Shown one piece after another: positions 12,794 through 25,479 of a stretch of 64,000 nucleotides of DNA. The notes under the pieces are model-generated. The model was not told the origin of the DNA. It saw nothing but the letters and a program-made list of their open reading frames with translations, and made no database searches. This DNA is from Octopus sinensis (taxonomy: Eukaryota). The stretch covers positions 51,956,001-52,020,000 of the forward strand of contig NC_043003.1 in assembly GCF_006345805.1 (NCBI RefSeq). The letters run 5' to 3'. Each line of letters opens with the position of its first letter. Within the stretch, counting starts at the first letter, position 1. The translations under genes and the position numbers were made by a program.

Positions 12794-13350
12794 GAGAAAG
12801 CTGCTAATTAATTAGGTACGTAACAATTACTAAAAGTACTAAAATAAAGCAATTATTAAAGGGTTGACCGTCTGGAAATATTTTTATAAATTCGTGTTCT
12901 AAGAAATTTCCAATAATTTCGATTTTTTAAGTTTCTTGGATTTTTTAAACTACAATTTTTCGCAAATTTAAATATTCATTGCATTCACTGCAGAGTAATC
13001 CATTCTCATTTGCAAAGTTTCTCACTTTCTCTTTTAAGTTTTCATTCGCTATTTGGAAAACCGACAGCTTATTCCATTAATGTATACGTAATTTATTATT
13101 TATTGAATGAACATTTTTTAAATACTCGTATAATTTTTGAACACGAGATAGCTGTGAGAAGAGCCAAGAAAGTAGACGAAGTGAAAAAAAAAAGTTACCG
13201 ACAAGTACTCGAAACTTGCACCTTATTCACAGTTTCGAAACACTCTGTACCACTAAGCCAATATATACACAAACAAGTTACACGAGCGACTTCAACAGTG
13301 ACACACTCGCGCGTACATAGATACACATACACACAAATGAAAGGCAATGA

Positions 13351-13386
<36 letters not shown>

Positions 13387-13422
13387 TTGCTGTTCACTGA
13401 CAAAACTTTGCGAAGTTTTGCG

Positions 13423-15065
13423 AATTCTAATAATTTATATATTGTACGTCTAATTATTTCTTTGTATAATAGTGTTCACTTGCTTAGTAAGTATTGCTTT
13501 CATTATTTTATGATAGTCACAATCTCTCTTTTTTTAAACAAATTTCACAGTCGTCCAACAACAGAGGGAGAAGCAGTTAGTCAAGTTTTACCTTCCCCTC
13601 AAAGCAACATAGAGATTTCAATTCAGCAGCCCTTCTGTAAGCTTTGCAACGTGTTCTCTCTCCATGGGGGCTAGAGAACATTGCAAACAATGAATGAAAT
13701 AAAGATGAAATGAAAAAATCGTATAAATAAAAGGGCACTATTACAGATTTGTACGCCCCCAACTTTGTTGCCTCATGACATCCAGAAAAATAGATACTTT
13801 TTAACAAAATACTGCGAAGTTTTGTCAGTGAACAGGTCGTGGTTTCAAAGCGAAGAAAATATTTTGACACAAAGGAAATTTTAATGTTGAAGTGAAACTA
13901 GTTCTACTTAAATACAGAAGTTCCTTAACGGTACTGCTTAAATACAGGTGTTACGTACAAAGCATTTTAAATGTACACTGTGTAGACGTGTAATGACACC
14001 GTAACCCTAACCCTAACTAACCCTAAAAGTAGCCCTAACCTTAACCCCAATAACTAATCCTAACCCTAAAACTAGCCTTAACCGTAACCCTAAATATTAA
14101 CCCTAAAACTAACCCTCCTCTTCATATCGTTACGTAGATGCATCGGGGCCTCTGTATTTAAGTCGTGCCATGAAACTAACGGTTTCTTGGTGTTCTTGAA
14201 TGGCTCTACGCTTGAATGCATCTACGCTGCAATTGTTTTTGTTTCAGCACACGATCTCAAATCAAGTCCGTTGCTATGCAAGTACATCTCCGTAATTTTT
14301 AAAAATCACTGTGGATAAATGTCAGCAATGATAAAGTGGGATGAAGAGGGAGGGGTATATAAAAAAAAGAATTTACAAAACTTTTTTCATACAAAGATGC
14401 TACCTCCCAACACATCCTTTCGAAGGCTCTGTTTTTTTTTTTTTTTTAATGAGAAAAACCCCTGAAAAAAATTTCCCCACAAATTTCTTTATAATCGTAA
14501 TCGATGCCGTTTGAAAGGGATTTGTATGAATTTTCATTAAAAGATACCCATCTTCCTGAAAGTTATGAGGGAAAGAAGTCAGATCATGTGAATTTTCCAA
14601 AACTCCTCTCTCTATCCCCTCGGAAAAATCCTTTCTCATAAATCCCTATATATTCTGAAGCCACAACATCTAAGTAGTATTTTGTTAAAAAGTATCTATT
14701 TTTCTGGATGTCATGAGGCAACAAAGTCGGGGGCGTACAAATCTGTAATAGTGCCCTTTTATTTATACGATTTTTTCATTTCATCTTTATTTCATTCACT
14801 GTTTGCAATGTTCTCTCGCCCCCATGGAGAGAGAATATATTGCAAAGCTTACAGAAGGGCTACTGAATTGAAATCTCTATGTTGCTTTGAGGGGAAGGTA
14901 AAACTTGACTAACTGCTTCTCCCTCTGTTGTTGGACGACCGTGATGTTTGTTTAAAAAAGAGAGATTATGACTATGATAAAATAATGAAAGCAATACTTA
15001 CTAAGCAAGTGAACACTATTATACAAAGAAATAATTAGACGTACAATATATAAATTATTAGAATT
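13423..15065. repeat. Long inverted repeat: ~390-bp arms at 13423-13813 and 14676-15065
   Basis: Arms are reverse complements along their whole length with scattered substitutions; ~860-bp spacer. Confidence 0.95.
13907..14162. mobile_element. Small element with short inverted ends and degenerate (TAACCC)n core
   Basis: CTTAAATACAGA (13907) / TCTGTATTTAAG (14151-14162) bracket telomere-like repeats at ~14000-14115. Confidence 0.55.
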
Positions 15066-15164
15066 GGGAATCAAATGTGAAAATATTATCAAGGGGCTAG
15101 CAGAAAACCGCCTGGAGGGCGGTCTTTCAGCGTGTAATAATAATAAGTGACAATGAATCTCTCA

Positions 15165-15372
15165 ATGCTGGAGATGTAAGAATTTCATATGACATTTTCC
15201 AGGGTCACTCTCTACCACCGCTCCTCTTTTGTTTAACCTTAATACATCTCTCAAAATTGCTCGATGACGTACCATATGGCTATAAAATGTTTGATAAAAA
15301 TATAAATCATTAAAGGAAAAATGATAGAAGCGTCCAACGTTATCCTTGACCAACAGAATGTCATAAAGGAGT
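15165..15372 (+). mobile_element. R4/Dong-like non-LTR retrotransposon RT fragment
   Basis: DIFQGHSLPPLLFCLTLIHLSKLLDDVPYGY...NINH* resembles GIFQGDSLSPLLFCL...INHL; followed by GKMIEASNVILDQQNVIKEL. Confidence 0.75.
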
Positions 15373-15542
15373 TAAATTTATTTTAATTCATGCACACAGC
15401 ATTAAGTTGCTCTATCGGGACATCTTGAAAGCGGATATTTTTGTACCCTCGTCAACATGTGCGAATTTTAACAAATAAACCACTGAACCTAATTACTTTG
15501 AGTCACTATCTGCATAAAAATCAATAGTTAAGTTGAAGTTAA

Positions 15543-16400
15543 TCTTACTATAAAAGGCGTTATGTCCGTCTGTCTGTATTCTCTTCACGGTCAAACGGCT
15601 GGACCAATGGTCACAATGTTTTTCGGTATTACAGAGGTAATCAGGCAGGTTTTTAGCGAAAACAATTTGAAAAAGTATGATTATTTAGTGGATATTGAGG
15701 GCAATTGTTCAATTTATTTCTCCACTGAATTATGCCATATACAAAAGTTTTAATTTCGGATAGCTTTGTCAAGGAATGATTGTGACGGCATTGGCTCATC
15801 TTTTACGCCATGTACGAAAGTTTTAGTTTAGGATAGCTTTATTAAGGAATGATTGTGATGGCTTTGGCTCATCTTTAATCGGTGAATGAACAGTTACCGA
15901 TATTGAGCTTTGTATTAATAAATCACCTTTGGTTTTTTTGTTAAAATTCCAACGACGTGGATTAACTCTGGATTTCACCCCTATAGTTCGTGAATTTAAA
16001 TTTATTTCCCATCGTAGATAGGCAGATTCCTAAAGATTCCGCTTGGGCATTCATAACAAACAAGGCACAAGGTCAGACTTTAGCTCGTGTAGGTGTATTT
16101 TTACCCACTCCAATGTTTACACACGGCCAGTTATACGTCACTATGAGTAGAGCAACAGATTCCAGTAATTTGAAAATTAGTGTCAACCAAACAGAAAATA
16201 TCGTCTACAAAGAAGTTGTGTAACCATATTGATATTATCGAAAGGAATATGGTTCATAATTCAAATAAGGAAATTTGTGAACTTTGAATGTATTAAGAGT
16301 ATAAACAAGCATAAAATAGTGTAAACAACTAAAATAAAAGTATACCTAAATAACATTTTTTCTTAGTACTTTTTATGTAGTGGTCAAAGGAAGCTCTAGC
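15543..16400 (+). mobile_element. Helitron deletion derivative retaining the C-terminus of the RepHel PIF1-like helicase
   Basis: 5' TCTTACTATAAAAGGC; ORF 15990-16223 RQIP...AFITNKAQGQTLARVGVFLPTPMFTHGQLYVTMSR...ENIVYKEVV* (helicase motifs V-VI). 3' end not resolved. Confidence 0.85.
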
Positions 16401-16607
16401 TTTCGTTAGGGGTGGTCCACATAACCATTCAAGATACAGAGGCTAGGAGCCTATTTCCGTTCAGGAGTGAATCATCATCACGTCACTTAGTCTCAAACAT
16501 ATGTCATATAGCTGCAACAGGATGCCGTATCACCAGCAATAATGTGATTTCTCCAAGACGTCACCTAATAATCTATCAAGTCCATTTACGCATTTCTCAA
16601 TACATAC

Positions 16608-16694
16608 CGTTGTTATGACTTCCCTCCTTCGTTTCATGCCTTCATCGTAGATGGGTAGATTTGCTAGTATATCTGATGCAGTGAAATAGAAAAT
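16608..16694 (-). CDS. Candidate internal coding exon (87 nt, phase 0-0) IFYFTASDILANLPIYDEGMKRRREVITT; protein unidentified
   Basis: Acceptor TTAATTTTTTTCTCTTTTAG, donor GTATGT, one open frame, non-repeat context. No homology recognised. Confidence 0.5.
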
Positions 16695-16859
16695 CTAAAA
16701 AGAGAAAAAAATTAAGATTAGCTCAATAGTAAAAGTTTTAGTCATTTTAGCAAGCACGAGAGATTGCTCAGTATAAAACATATACTTTCGTTTCTCAGGT
16801 ATCCATGTTACATACGACAGAAATGTATCATATACAACACATGCAACATACGCTAAGTA

Positions 16860-16899
<40 letters not shown>

Positions 16900-16905
<6 letters not shown>

Positions 16906-17191
16906 AAATAAGCAACAAGGATATCCAGAGGTAATGCAGTACGATCGTTTCAGGCGACTCCATTTAATTGAACAATGAAATCATTTCATTACATCAATTC
17001 AAAATTTAGAGCAATATTCAGCTGCACAAAGACATAGAATTTAATTAAATTAGGACATATTAGTATAATTTTACCCAAAATCTCCAAGATGATAAGGAGA
17101 TAGACAAAGAACATGTTTTACCAACAACATCACAGTTGTAACTGAAATTCTTTTCAAGAAGATACTGCTTTTCACTGATTTTTCTGTTATT

Positions 17192-17195
<4 letters not shown>
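16900..17195. mobile_element. Unclassified dispersed repeat bracketed by (TA)n; related copy at ~28260-28480
   Basis: Shared GTAATGCAGTACGA(T/C)CGTTTCA...CCATTTAATTGA...TTCAGCTGCA blocks. Confidence 0.6.
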
Positions 17196-17249
<54 letters not shown>

Positions 17250-17323
17250 ATGTATATATATATGTATATATATGTATATATATGCATATTATATATATAT
17301 ATATATATATTATATTATATATA

Positions 17324-17395
<72 letters not shown>

Positions 17396-17425
17396 GTTGT
17401 TGTTGTTGTTATTATTATTATTACT
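17195..17425. repeat. (TA)n-(TTA)n compound microsatellite
   Basis: Direct reading. Confidence 0.95.
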
Positions 17426-18179
17426 TAAGACAGCCCTGAACGGAAAGATCAATAATCAAACTTGTTCCGGACTTACAATGCTGTGTATTTTTTTTTGTAT
17501 TTCAAGGACTGTATTGTGTAATACATGGTTTTTTTTCTTTTGTTTTGTAAATTAAAGCGGTAGGTTTGATTTGAAGGCTACTATTTTTAGCAGGACAGAC
17601 AACCGCATAGACGTTTTCTCGTTAGCTTGATTTTGTTATACATAGTCTCAAAGAGACACACATGCGCACGTGCGCGCGCGCTCATATTAGTTTACTAGCG
17701 ATTTTCTAAAACAATTTGTCAAATACAATTTGTCTTGAAAATTTTGTGCTACATTCTGTGAAACTGATCTGGCAACCCTGCTGATGAGTTGAGAAAAACA
17801 CGGTGCAACATGATTGAAAAAGATATGCTAAACAAGAAGAAGGATAGAACACAGCTTTGTTTTACTCTACCACAGACTACAAAGAATTTCAACATGGAGG
17901 CTTCAAACTGCACAATAGCTCCTATATTATCACTTAGAGCTCGAATGATGCTCATATGAATACACAGGACAACTGAGCTGGTGGAGAACTTAGTGCAAGC
18001 TTGTGAGACTGGTTTTTGTTGAACGCCTCTTTACTACCACGTATTTGATATGTTTATGTTCGTGCTCAAAAGCTAGAGTGTCTAAAATTCTATTTGCTTG
18101 AAAGTTTTTACAATTTATAATATAAGTCTATTTATGCAATGTAAGTAAAGATTACAAACTCTGTTTGCTATGCACATGT

Positions 18180-18349
18180 ACATACAAAGACAAACACACA
18201 CACATGCATACATATATATACATGCATACATACATACATAGCTACATACATTGATACATGTATGTACACACATATATATATACATATAAATATACATACA
18301 TATATATGTGTGTATGTAATGTATGTATATATATATGTACATATATATA

Positions 18350-18435
<86 letters not shown>
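18180..18435. repeat. (CATA)/(TA)n microsatellite block
   Basis: Direct reading. Confidence 0.95.
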
Positions 18436-18436
<1 letters not shown>

Positions 18437-19564
18437 TTACGTAAACATATGTAGACACAAGCACTCACAAACACTCACAGACAGAAACAGAAACACAGAT
18501 ACGTATTCATATATATACATATGTGGGTATGTGTATGAGTGAGTTTGTGTATAATTCTATCAAATATCTCTTTTCGTGTGATTGGCTTTAACTGGAATCC
18601 GCCATTAAGATATAAAGAGCGATCAAGTTGCGCTTTCTTACGTAAGATTCTCCATAAATGTGAAAACCTACCTCAGTAAAATAATAACAATAACAACACA
18701 ATGAAACACACCCAATGTAACTTTAAACAACGAAACACAAGTTTTCACTTAGAGCAACAGAATAGAATGCTCTAAGAAATCGTATTTTTCTCTCTTTATT
18801 TAAACTGTTACAACCTAGTTTTCTTTTGTATGTAAAAGCAAAAGACGTCTTTGTTTTCTTTACTTTCATTTGTTATTCATCTTGAATATCCTAAAGATAT
18901 ATTACAGCAAAGGCAAAGAGACAAGGAAATATGGAAAGTGTGAGAACCACTTGTAAATTCTGGAGAGTTCTAATGTTACACAGGGGAAATTGTTTTTTTC
19001 TTTTTTTCTTAAGGTAAAGGCAGACAGAAAGCAGTGGGCAAAAAGGAGGAGATGGTGATTTTTTATCAAAGGTGTTAGACTGTAAATAAAATAACAGGGG
19101 AGAAAAGTATTGGGGACAGTAACCAATAAAACGGAGTCTTCAAAGGTAATAAGGAGAAGGATCTTGTAATTGATTAGAAAAGGACTGTCAGAACAAGGCT
19201 TTGGGAGTCGTTTATATTTTCTGAATGAATATATCTAAAGTGAAGTTTACCTGTTGCCATCTTCAATCGTAACTTGAGTGTGAATGATTAGGTCAACGCA
19301 AACCAAATGACATCCCTAAGGCTTTTGACCAAACAAAACAAATATACTAGTCTCTATTTGTATGCATTCATGTAGAAAGAGAAGCCTACACACACACACA
19401 TATATACACACACACATACACACACGCACACGCACACACGTACATGCACACACACACATACGCACACCGATATATACATACAGCGATATATAAACACATA
19501 TATATATACAAGTGTATAAGTGTGTGTTTATATTTATGTACATGTATATTATACATGCAAATAT

Positions 19565-19890
19565 GTAGGCATGGTTGTGTATAAAGAAGTTTGCTTTTCA
19601 ACCACATGGTTCCGGGTTCAGTATCACTGCGTGGCACCTCAGGCAAATGTTTTCTACTGTATCCCCAGAAACCCGTGATGTGTGTGTGTGTATTTGTCCG
19701 CAACGCTACTTTACAACCAGTGCTGGTTTGTTTGCGTTCCCGTAACTTAGCAGTTCGGCAAATAGGACCAATAGAATAAGTACTAGACTTTACAAATGTA
19801 TATGGGTCTTTTGCCCGACTAAACTTTTTAAGTCAGTGCCCCAGTATGGCTGCAATCCAATGGCTGAAACAAGTAAAATGATAAAAGAAA
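19565..19890 (+). mobile_element. SINE family B with internal deletion
   Basis: Head AACCACATGGTTCCGGGTTCAG and tail GGCTGAAACAAGTAAAA. Confidence 0.85.
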
Positions 19891-20448
19891 AATATATATT
19901 TTATAGACAAATATATTAAAAGCAACTCACGTTTCCGTTTTTTTCTTCTTTTTTTCTTTTTGTTTGCTAGTTTCCTTTTTTTCTATTTCGCAATAAAAAA
20001 ATGTGAAAGGAAAAGCAGTGGCTGTACTGAGAGAGGCAAAACAGACAGATACAAAAAGTTATAAAGAGAAGTAGATTAAACAACTAAAGAGGTGGAAGCC
20101 TGTCAGAGAGAAAGAGAGGGAGAGATAGAGGGAGAGAGAATGAGAGAATGGAAAAGTGACCAGCCTGTCGCTTATATCTAAGTCATCTCATCATGTTGGA
20201 CTGTTGACTCTGCACTTCTTTTCCTGTCTCTCCGTTTTTTCATTCTCTCTCCATTTTTTCCTCTTAATACTTTCTGTCGAAGAGCGTAGATTCGAAATGT
20301 AAAAGACTTTTCCACTATAATGGAGAGAACATATATGAATAGAACAGAACAGAGAAGTGATGTGAGAGAATAGACATTTATTCGATTCGTTTACTTTTCA
20401 TAATCTTGTTAGTTATACAAAACATGTTATATCAACATTCGGACGTAC

Positions 20449-20541
<93 letters not shown>

Positions 20542-20542
<1 letters not shown>

Positions 20543-20780
20543 TTTATTTTAAGCAGCAGAAAATTCAACAAAATCTGTTACTCTGAGTTTCTCGTTGCCG
20601 GCAACGAGAAACGGCAACGAGGAACGGCAACGTTGCCGGCAACGAGGAACGGCAACGAGAAACTCAGAGTAACAGATTTTGTTGAATTTTCTGCTGCTTA
20701 AAATAAAGCATATTACTCTACCACTGGTATTTGAGTACTCTTTTTTCCACCTTGTTTCACATTTATGTGTTTACTCCGGT
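20542..20780 (+). mobile_element. Fold-back element (perfect 59-bp arms 20542-20600 / 20650-20708), Penelope-like terminus candidate
   Basis: Exact reverse-complement arms, (TA)n on both sides, GAAACTCAGAGTA hammerhead-like 3' half in the arm. Confidence 0.7.
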
Positions 20781-20820
20781 ATATATATATATATATATAT
20801 TTATACACACATGTATATGC

Positions 20821-20885
<65 letters not shown>

Positions 20886-20899
20886 TGTAATATATATAT

Positions 20900-20959
<60 letters not shown>

Positions 20960-20964
<5 letters not shown>

Positions 20965-21480
20965 CAAAAATGGGACAAGAACGCAAAACATCCAGACAGA
21001 CGCTACAAAGAAAACAAGGACGAGTCATTTGGAGTTTTTTATCCTCAGTCGAGTTCCAGATTATCTTTGCACTTTCGGTTGGTTATACTCGAGATCGCTC
21101 CAATTCTAGCAAGCCCCAAGGAAAATCTAAGCTAAGAGCATTAGATTCCTTGGGAGAAAGCAGCGAACGTATACGAAAACAAGGACGGAAAAACAACGGA
21201 GAATGTTACACAAATACAAACACAAATAACAGGATATAACAACAGGTATCTTTTGACTAAGGACGAATTAAATTAAGCTGGCGTGTGTGGAAGTAAAGCC
21301 TTACGGCAGGGACATAAGATTTGACAGGCGCAGGAAGGAATGTAGATGTTGCACGGATGATAGTCGAACCAAGAAAGCAAGGTCAGGCTTGGCCGAACAC
21401 CTGTCACGTAGGGAGAGAAGAGAGAGAGCTAGAGCCTTCTTTCCCTCTGCATGTGTACACTCATATATACGAGTGTGCTG
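20960..21480 (+). mobile_element. Unclassified dispersed repeat; partial copies at 37915-38050 (+), 52250-52410 (-), 53350-53465 (+)
   Basis: Shared ACAAAGAAAACAAGG..GGTCATT.GGAG...CAGTCGAGT.CCAGAT..TCTTTGCA block; copies abut microsatellites. Confidence 0.75.
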
Positions 21481-21609
21481 AGAAGTAAACAGACTAGTCT
21501 TCAGAACGTTTCATGGTAGTCCAAAACATCAATTCTGAGAGAATCTATCGAGATCGGCCGAAAATTCGAGGAAACTTAAACGTGCTCTACATTTAAGGCT
21601 TCGAGCATA

Positions 21610-22010
21610 GACGTCAAGTCAAACATTAATAATGGTTTTAAATTCTGGCTCTTGACCAGTTACTTTGGTGGAAGGGTATTAGACGATTACATCGAACCCA
21701 GTGATCAACTGTTACTTATTTTATCGATCCAGGAAGGAAGAAAGGCAATGTCGACCTCGGTGGAAAGTATAGAACCGGAAGAAATACCGTTAAGTATTTT
21801 GTCCAGCGCGGTCTCGATTCTGCCAGTTCACCACCCTTTCATGAAATAGGAATTCTTACTATTATAGGCACAAAGCCTGAACTTTGGGAGAAGAGAGCTT
21901 GTTGAATACATCGCTCAAAATGCTCAACAAGTACTTATTTCATCGACCAAGAAAGGATGAAAGATAAAGTCGACCTCGGCAGAATTTGAATTCAAAACGC
22001 AAAACCGGAA
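21610..22010 (-). mobile_element. Two tandem degenerate SINE family A copies
   Basis: CGATTACATCGAACCCAG, GTCGACCTCGG and GAATTTGAA motifs occur twice. Confidence 0.75.
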
Positions 22011-22064
22011 AGAAGCAGTTTATCCTTCGCGTTAAATTAATCAGCGGTGATAAAAATTAATTAG

Positions 22065-22191
22065 CTACAATTGAGAAAAACCTACTACACAATCCATTCA
22101 AGACATGGCAACAGGCACTTCCAGTTGTAATTGGATTGGATACTCCGGGATTAGAGAAAATGGTGTTTTGCTGTTTCACTGCATTTCCGTT
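22065..22191 (+). CDS. Weak candidate exon TIEKNLLHNPFKTWQQALPVVIGLDTPGLEKMVFCCFTAFP
   Basis: Strong GTAAGT donor at 22192 and an open frame, but poor acceptor (AATTAATTAG). Confidence 0.2.
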
Positions 22192-22313
22192 GTAAGTAGA
22201 TTCATTTTGAGCTTTCATTCAGGAGAGGATTTTGAACTTTTAAAAACTAAGTGAATGTCACATCTATTTAGGAATATGTTGTTGCTGTTTATCTTTCCAG
22301 CCATAAGCGCGCG

Positions 22314-22360
<47 letters not shown>

Positions 22361-22761
22361 GAAGAAGTGACGGGTGTCAACCGAATTAACTAACACACGT
22401 GTCTTAGTGCTGTATGTGCGTATGCGTGAGTACATACGTGTGCGTGTGTGTATGAATATATAATGTAGATGTAGATATGTGTATGTGTATGTATGTGTGT
22501 AACTATGAGTGTGACTATATGTGTTTGAATTTGTGTAGTTGTGCGTGTTCATAAGTGTTAAGACGCTAAATACGTTAATACGTTCTGAGCTTGCATAGAG
22601 GAAAGAGGGGAAGCAGATAAAGATTAATGATGTCTATGACCGCAGCTATTGGAGCCTGACGAATTGTATATAAGGCTAAGCGCTTCATGTAAATACGTCA
22701 TGTCTGTAATTTTTAAAGTATGCCTCTTTTTCATATATATATATGATCCACACGCGATATC

Positions 22762-22852
<91 letters not shown>

Positions 22853-22855
22853 GGC

Positions 22856-22893
<38 letters not shown>

Positions 22894-22983
22894 CCTGTCT
22901 GTCTGTCTATCTATCTTTCTATACATATATACATGTCCGAATGTTTTATTGTCCTCTATTGCGTTTTTGTTCCATATACTTTT

Positions 22984-23188
22984 TTACTCTTTTACTTGTT
23001 TCACTCATTTGACTGCGGCCATGCTGGAGCACCGCCTTTAGTCGAGCAAATCGACCCCAGGACTTATTCTTTGTAAGCCTAGTACTTATTCTATCGGGCT
23101 CTTTTGCCGAACCGCTAAGTTACGGTGATGTAAACACATCGGCATCGGTTGTCAATCACAGACACACAAACATACACACACACACACA

Positions 23189-23258
<70 letters not shown>

Positions 23259-23414
23259 GACGGGCTTCTTTCAGTTTCCGTCTACCAAATCCACTCACAA
23301 GGCTTTGGTCGACTCGAGTAGAAGACGCTTGCCCAAGTGCCACGCAGTGGGACTGAACCCGAAACCATGTGGCTGTTAATCAAGCTACTTACCACACAGC
23401 CACTCCTACGCCTA
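22984..23414 (-). mobile_element. SINE family B, near full length
   Basis: Reverse complement of the 6561-7030 head, core and tail. Confidence 0.9.
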
Positions 23415-23614
23415 TATATATATATATATATTATATATATATATAACAAAAGGGACATTAGCCATTTGAATGTGGCTAGGGACAGGGCAGGGCGGTGGGG
23501 GTATTACTGATGCATTTAGCCCCAGGCGATCATCAACGTCACCAGATAGGCTGACACCATCACGGTGTCCTCTATCCTGCAAAGGGAGATCATTCCCCGA
23601 AGAAGCGGATGCCA

Positions 23615-23659
23615 CATACGGACCCAGGTTTCAAGGTGTTTGCCTCTCGTCAACGTATG
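23615..23659 (-). ncRNA. Minimal type I hammerhead ribozyme (C3U core variant)
   Basis: Minus strand CATACG TTGACGA GAGG CAAACA CCTT GAAAC CTGG GTC CGTATG: 6-bp stem I, 4-bp stem II, short stem III, GUC cleavage triplet. Confidence 0.7.
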
Positions 23660-24339
23660 ACGAACGACTCTCTATGCAGGATATTTATATATAGATTTTC
23701 ACGTATGTGGCATCCGCTTCTTCGGGGAATGATTTCCCTTTGCAGGGAAAAATATATCTTAAAATTTTTAAATATACATATACATACACACATGACGACT
23801 TTATCCAATGTATCTTTCTGCTTTTTTTTTTTTTGTTTTTTTAAACTGTAAAGTATAATTTGATAAAGATGTACTTATTTCAGGAGAGTCAAGCGACTGT
23901 GTAGACTCTTCTTTATTGGATCTTTTCAAAAGTCTGTTGGCAGGGTTGATTACGTCGTTACTAAACTTCACGATTGCCGACCTAATCAGCTTGCATTCAA
24001 TGTTAACTTCATATCTGACAGGATAAGGATGACCGGAAGTGCCGAGATGTTCTGAAGTGATTAACCTTTGTTTTACACCACCCCCACCACCACCACCCTC
24101 GCCTCCCATTTTTAAGGCTCCGGTCATAGACATCACAAAATTGTTGCTTAAGCTATCATTAATCTTTACCTGTTTCCCCACCTCTTTTCTCTATGCAAAA
24201 TTAGAATGTATTAACTTGTTTAGCGTCTTAACACGTTATGAACACGCACAATTACACATATACACATAGTCACACACATACATACATGTACATATATTCA
24301 CACATATACATTCATATACATTTATATATATACATACAT

Positions 24340-24353
24340 ACATACAAGCATAC

Positions 24354-24384
<31 letters not shown>

Positions 24385-24730
24385 CATACATACATACATA
24401 CATACATACATACGTACATACATACATACATACATACATACATACATACATACATACATACATACATACTTACATACATACATAGATGCGTACACGCACA
24501 CACATGCATATGTACTCACACATATGCACATACAACACTAAACACACATGTAAGTGTGTTAGTTAATTCGGTTGACACCTGTCACTTCTTCATATTCCAG
24601 AAGAAAACCTTGCTTTTTATCTTGAAGCGTAACTTCAGTTGAATGAAAGCTTTCAACTAATTAGCAAACAGTATTTCTGGGAATGTGCCACACGCAGATC
24701 TAAAGACCCAATATTCAGTGATGCAAGAGA

Positions 24731-24767
<37 letters not shown>

Positions 24768-24781
24768 TAATAATAATAATA

Positions 24782-24858
<77 letters not shown>

Positions 24859-24909
24859 ACAACAAGAACAACAATAATAATAATAATAACAATAATAATA
24901 ATAATAATA

Positions 24910-24945
<36 letters not shown>

Positions 24946-24960
24946 TAATAATAATAGTTG
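24340..24960. repeat. (CATA)n, (AAT)n and (TAG)n arrays
   Basis: Direct reading of 24340-24480 and 24730-24960. Confidence 0.9.
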
Positions 24961-25354
24961 TACTAGACCTGAGAATAGCAGAAATTGTAAAATCTTTTTT
25001 AGACTGCAATGCTGAAAAAAATTGACTTATAGAATAAGTTTGAAACCGAACGACTGTACTTCCTTTAGAAAAGAAGGTGGTAGACAGCTATAGAGCACTA
25101 GTTTATTAATGTCATCACTAACTTTCCAATTCAGAAAAAGGCCTTGCTACGTGCTCTTGTTAACCATGTTTATAAAACCGTAACAAATCGCTGATATTCC
25201 ATAGCAACAAATTGTCAGAAGTTTAAACCTTCATATGAAGCAAAACAACATTCACAACTCAACTGAAATAAGTGCATATCTCGTGGTTGTTCAGGAATGA
25301 GTGTCGTTAACCGTAATTTTACTGATGACTGCCACAATCCATCCATCTATCTAC

Positions 25355-25394
<40 letters not shown>

Positions 25395-25479
25395 TTTCTG
25401 TCTACACACACACACACATTATGTGTGTGTGTGTGTGAGTGTGTGTGTGTGTAGGGAAAAGGGGAATAACAAATAGTAG

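Larger units (their letters stand above)
22200..24670. repeat. Diverged inverted repeat pair (~22200-22650 and ~24120-24670)
   Basis: ATATGAAGAAGTGACGGGTGTCAACCGAATTAACTAACAC...AAGACGCTAAA...GATGTCTATGACCG mirrored by CGGTCATAGACATC...GTTAGTTAATTCGGTTGACACCTGTCACTTCTTCATAT. Confidence 0.85.

Noticed and set aside
14000-14115. Telomere or chromosome-end interpretation of (TAACCC)n
   Set aside because: Short, degenerate and embedded in a small inverted-repeat element; interstitial.
23801-24181. 126-aa minus-strand ORF and overlapping plus-strand open frame after a TTATTTCAG acceptor
   Set aside because: No good donor on either strand and no recognisable motif; left unannotated.
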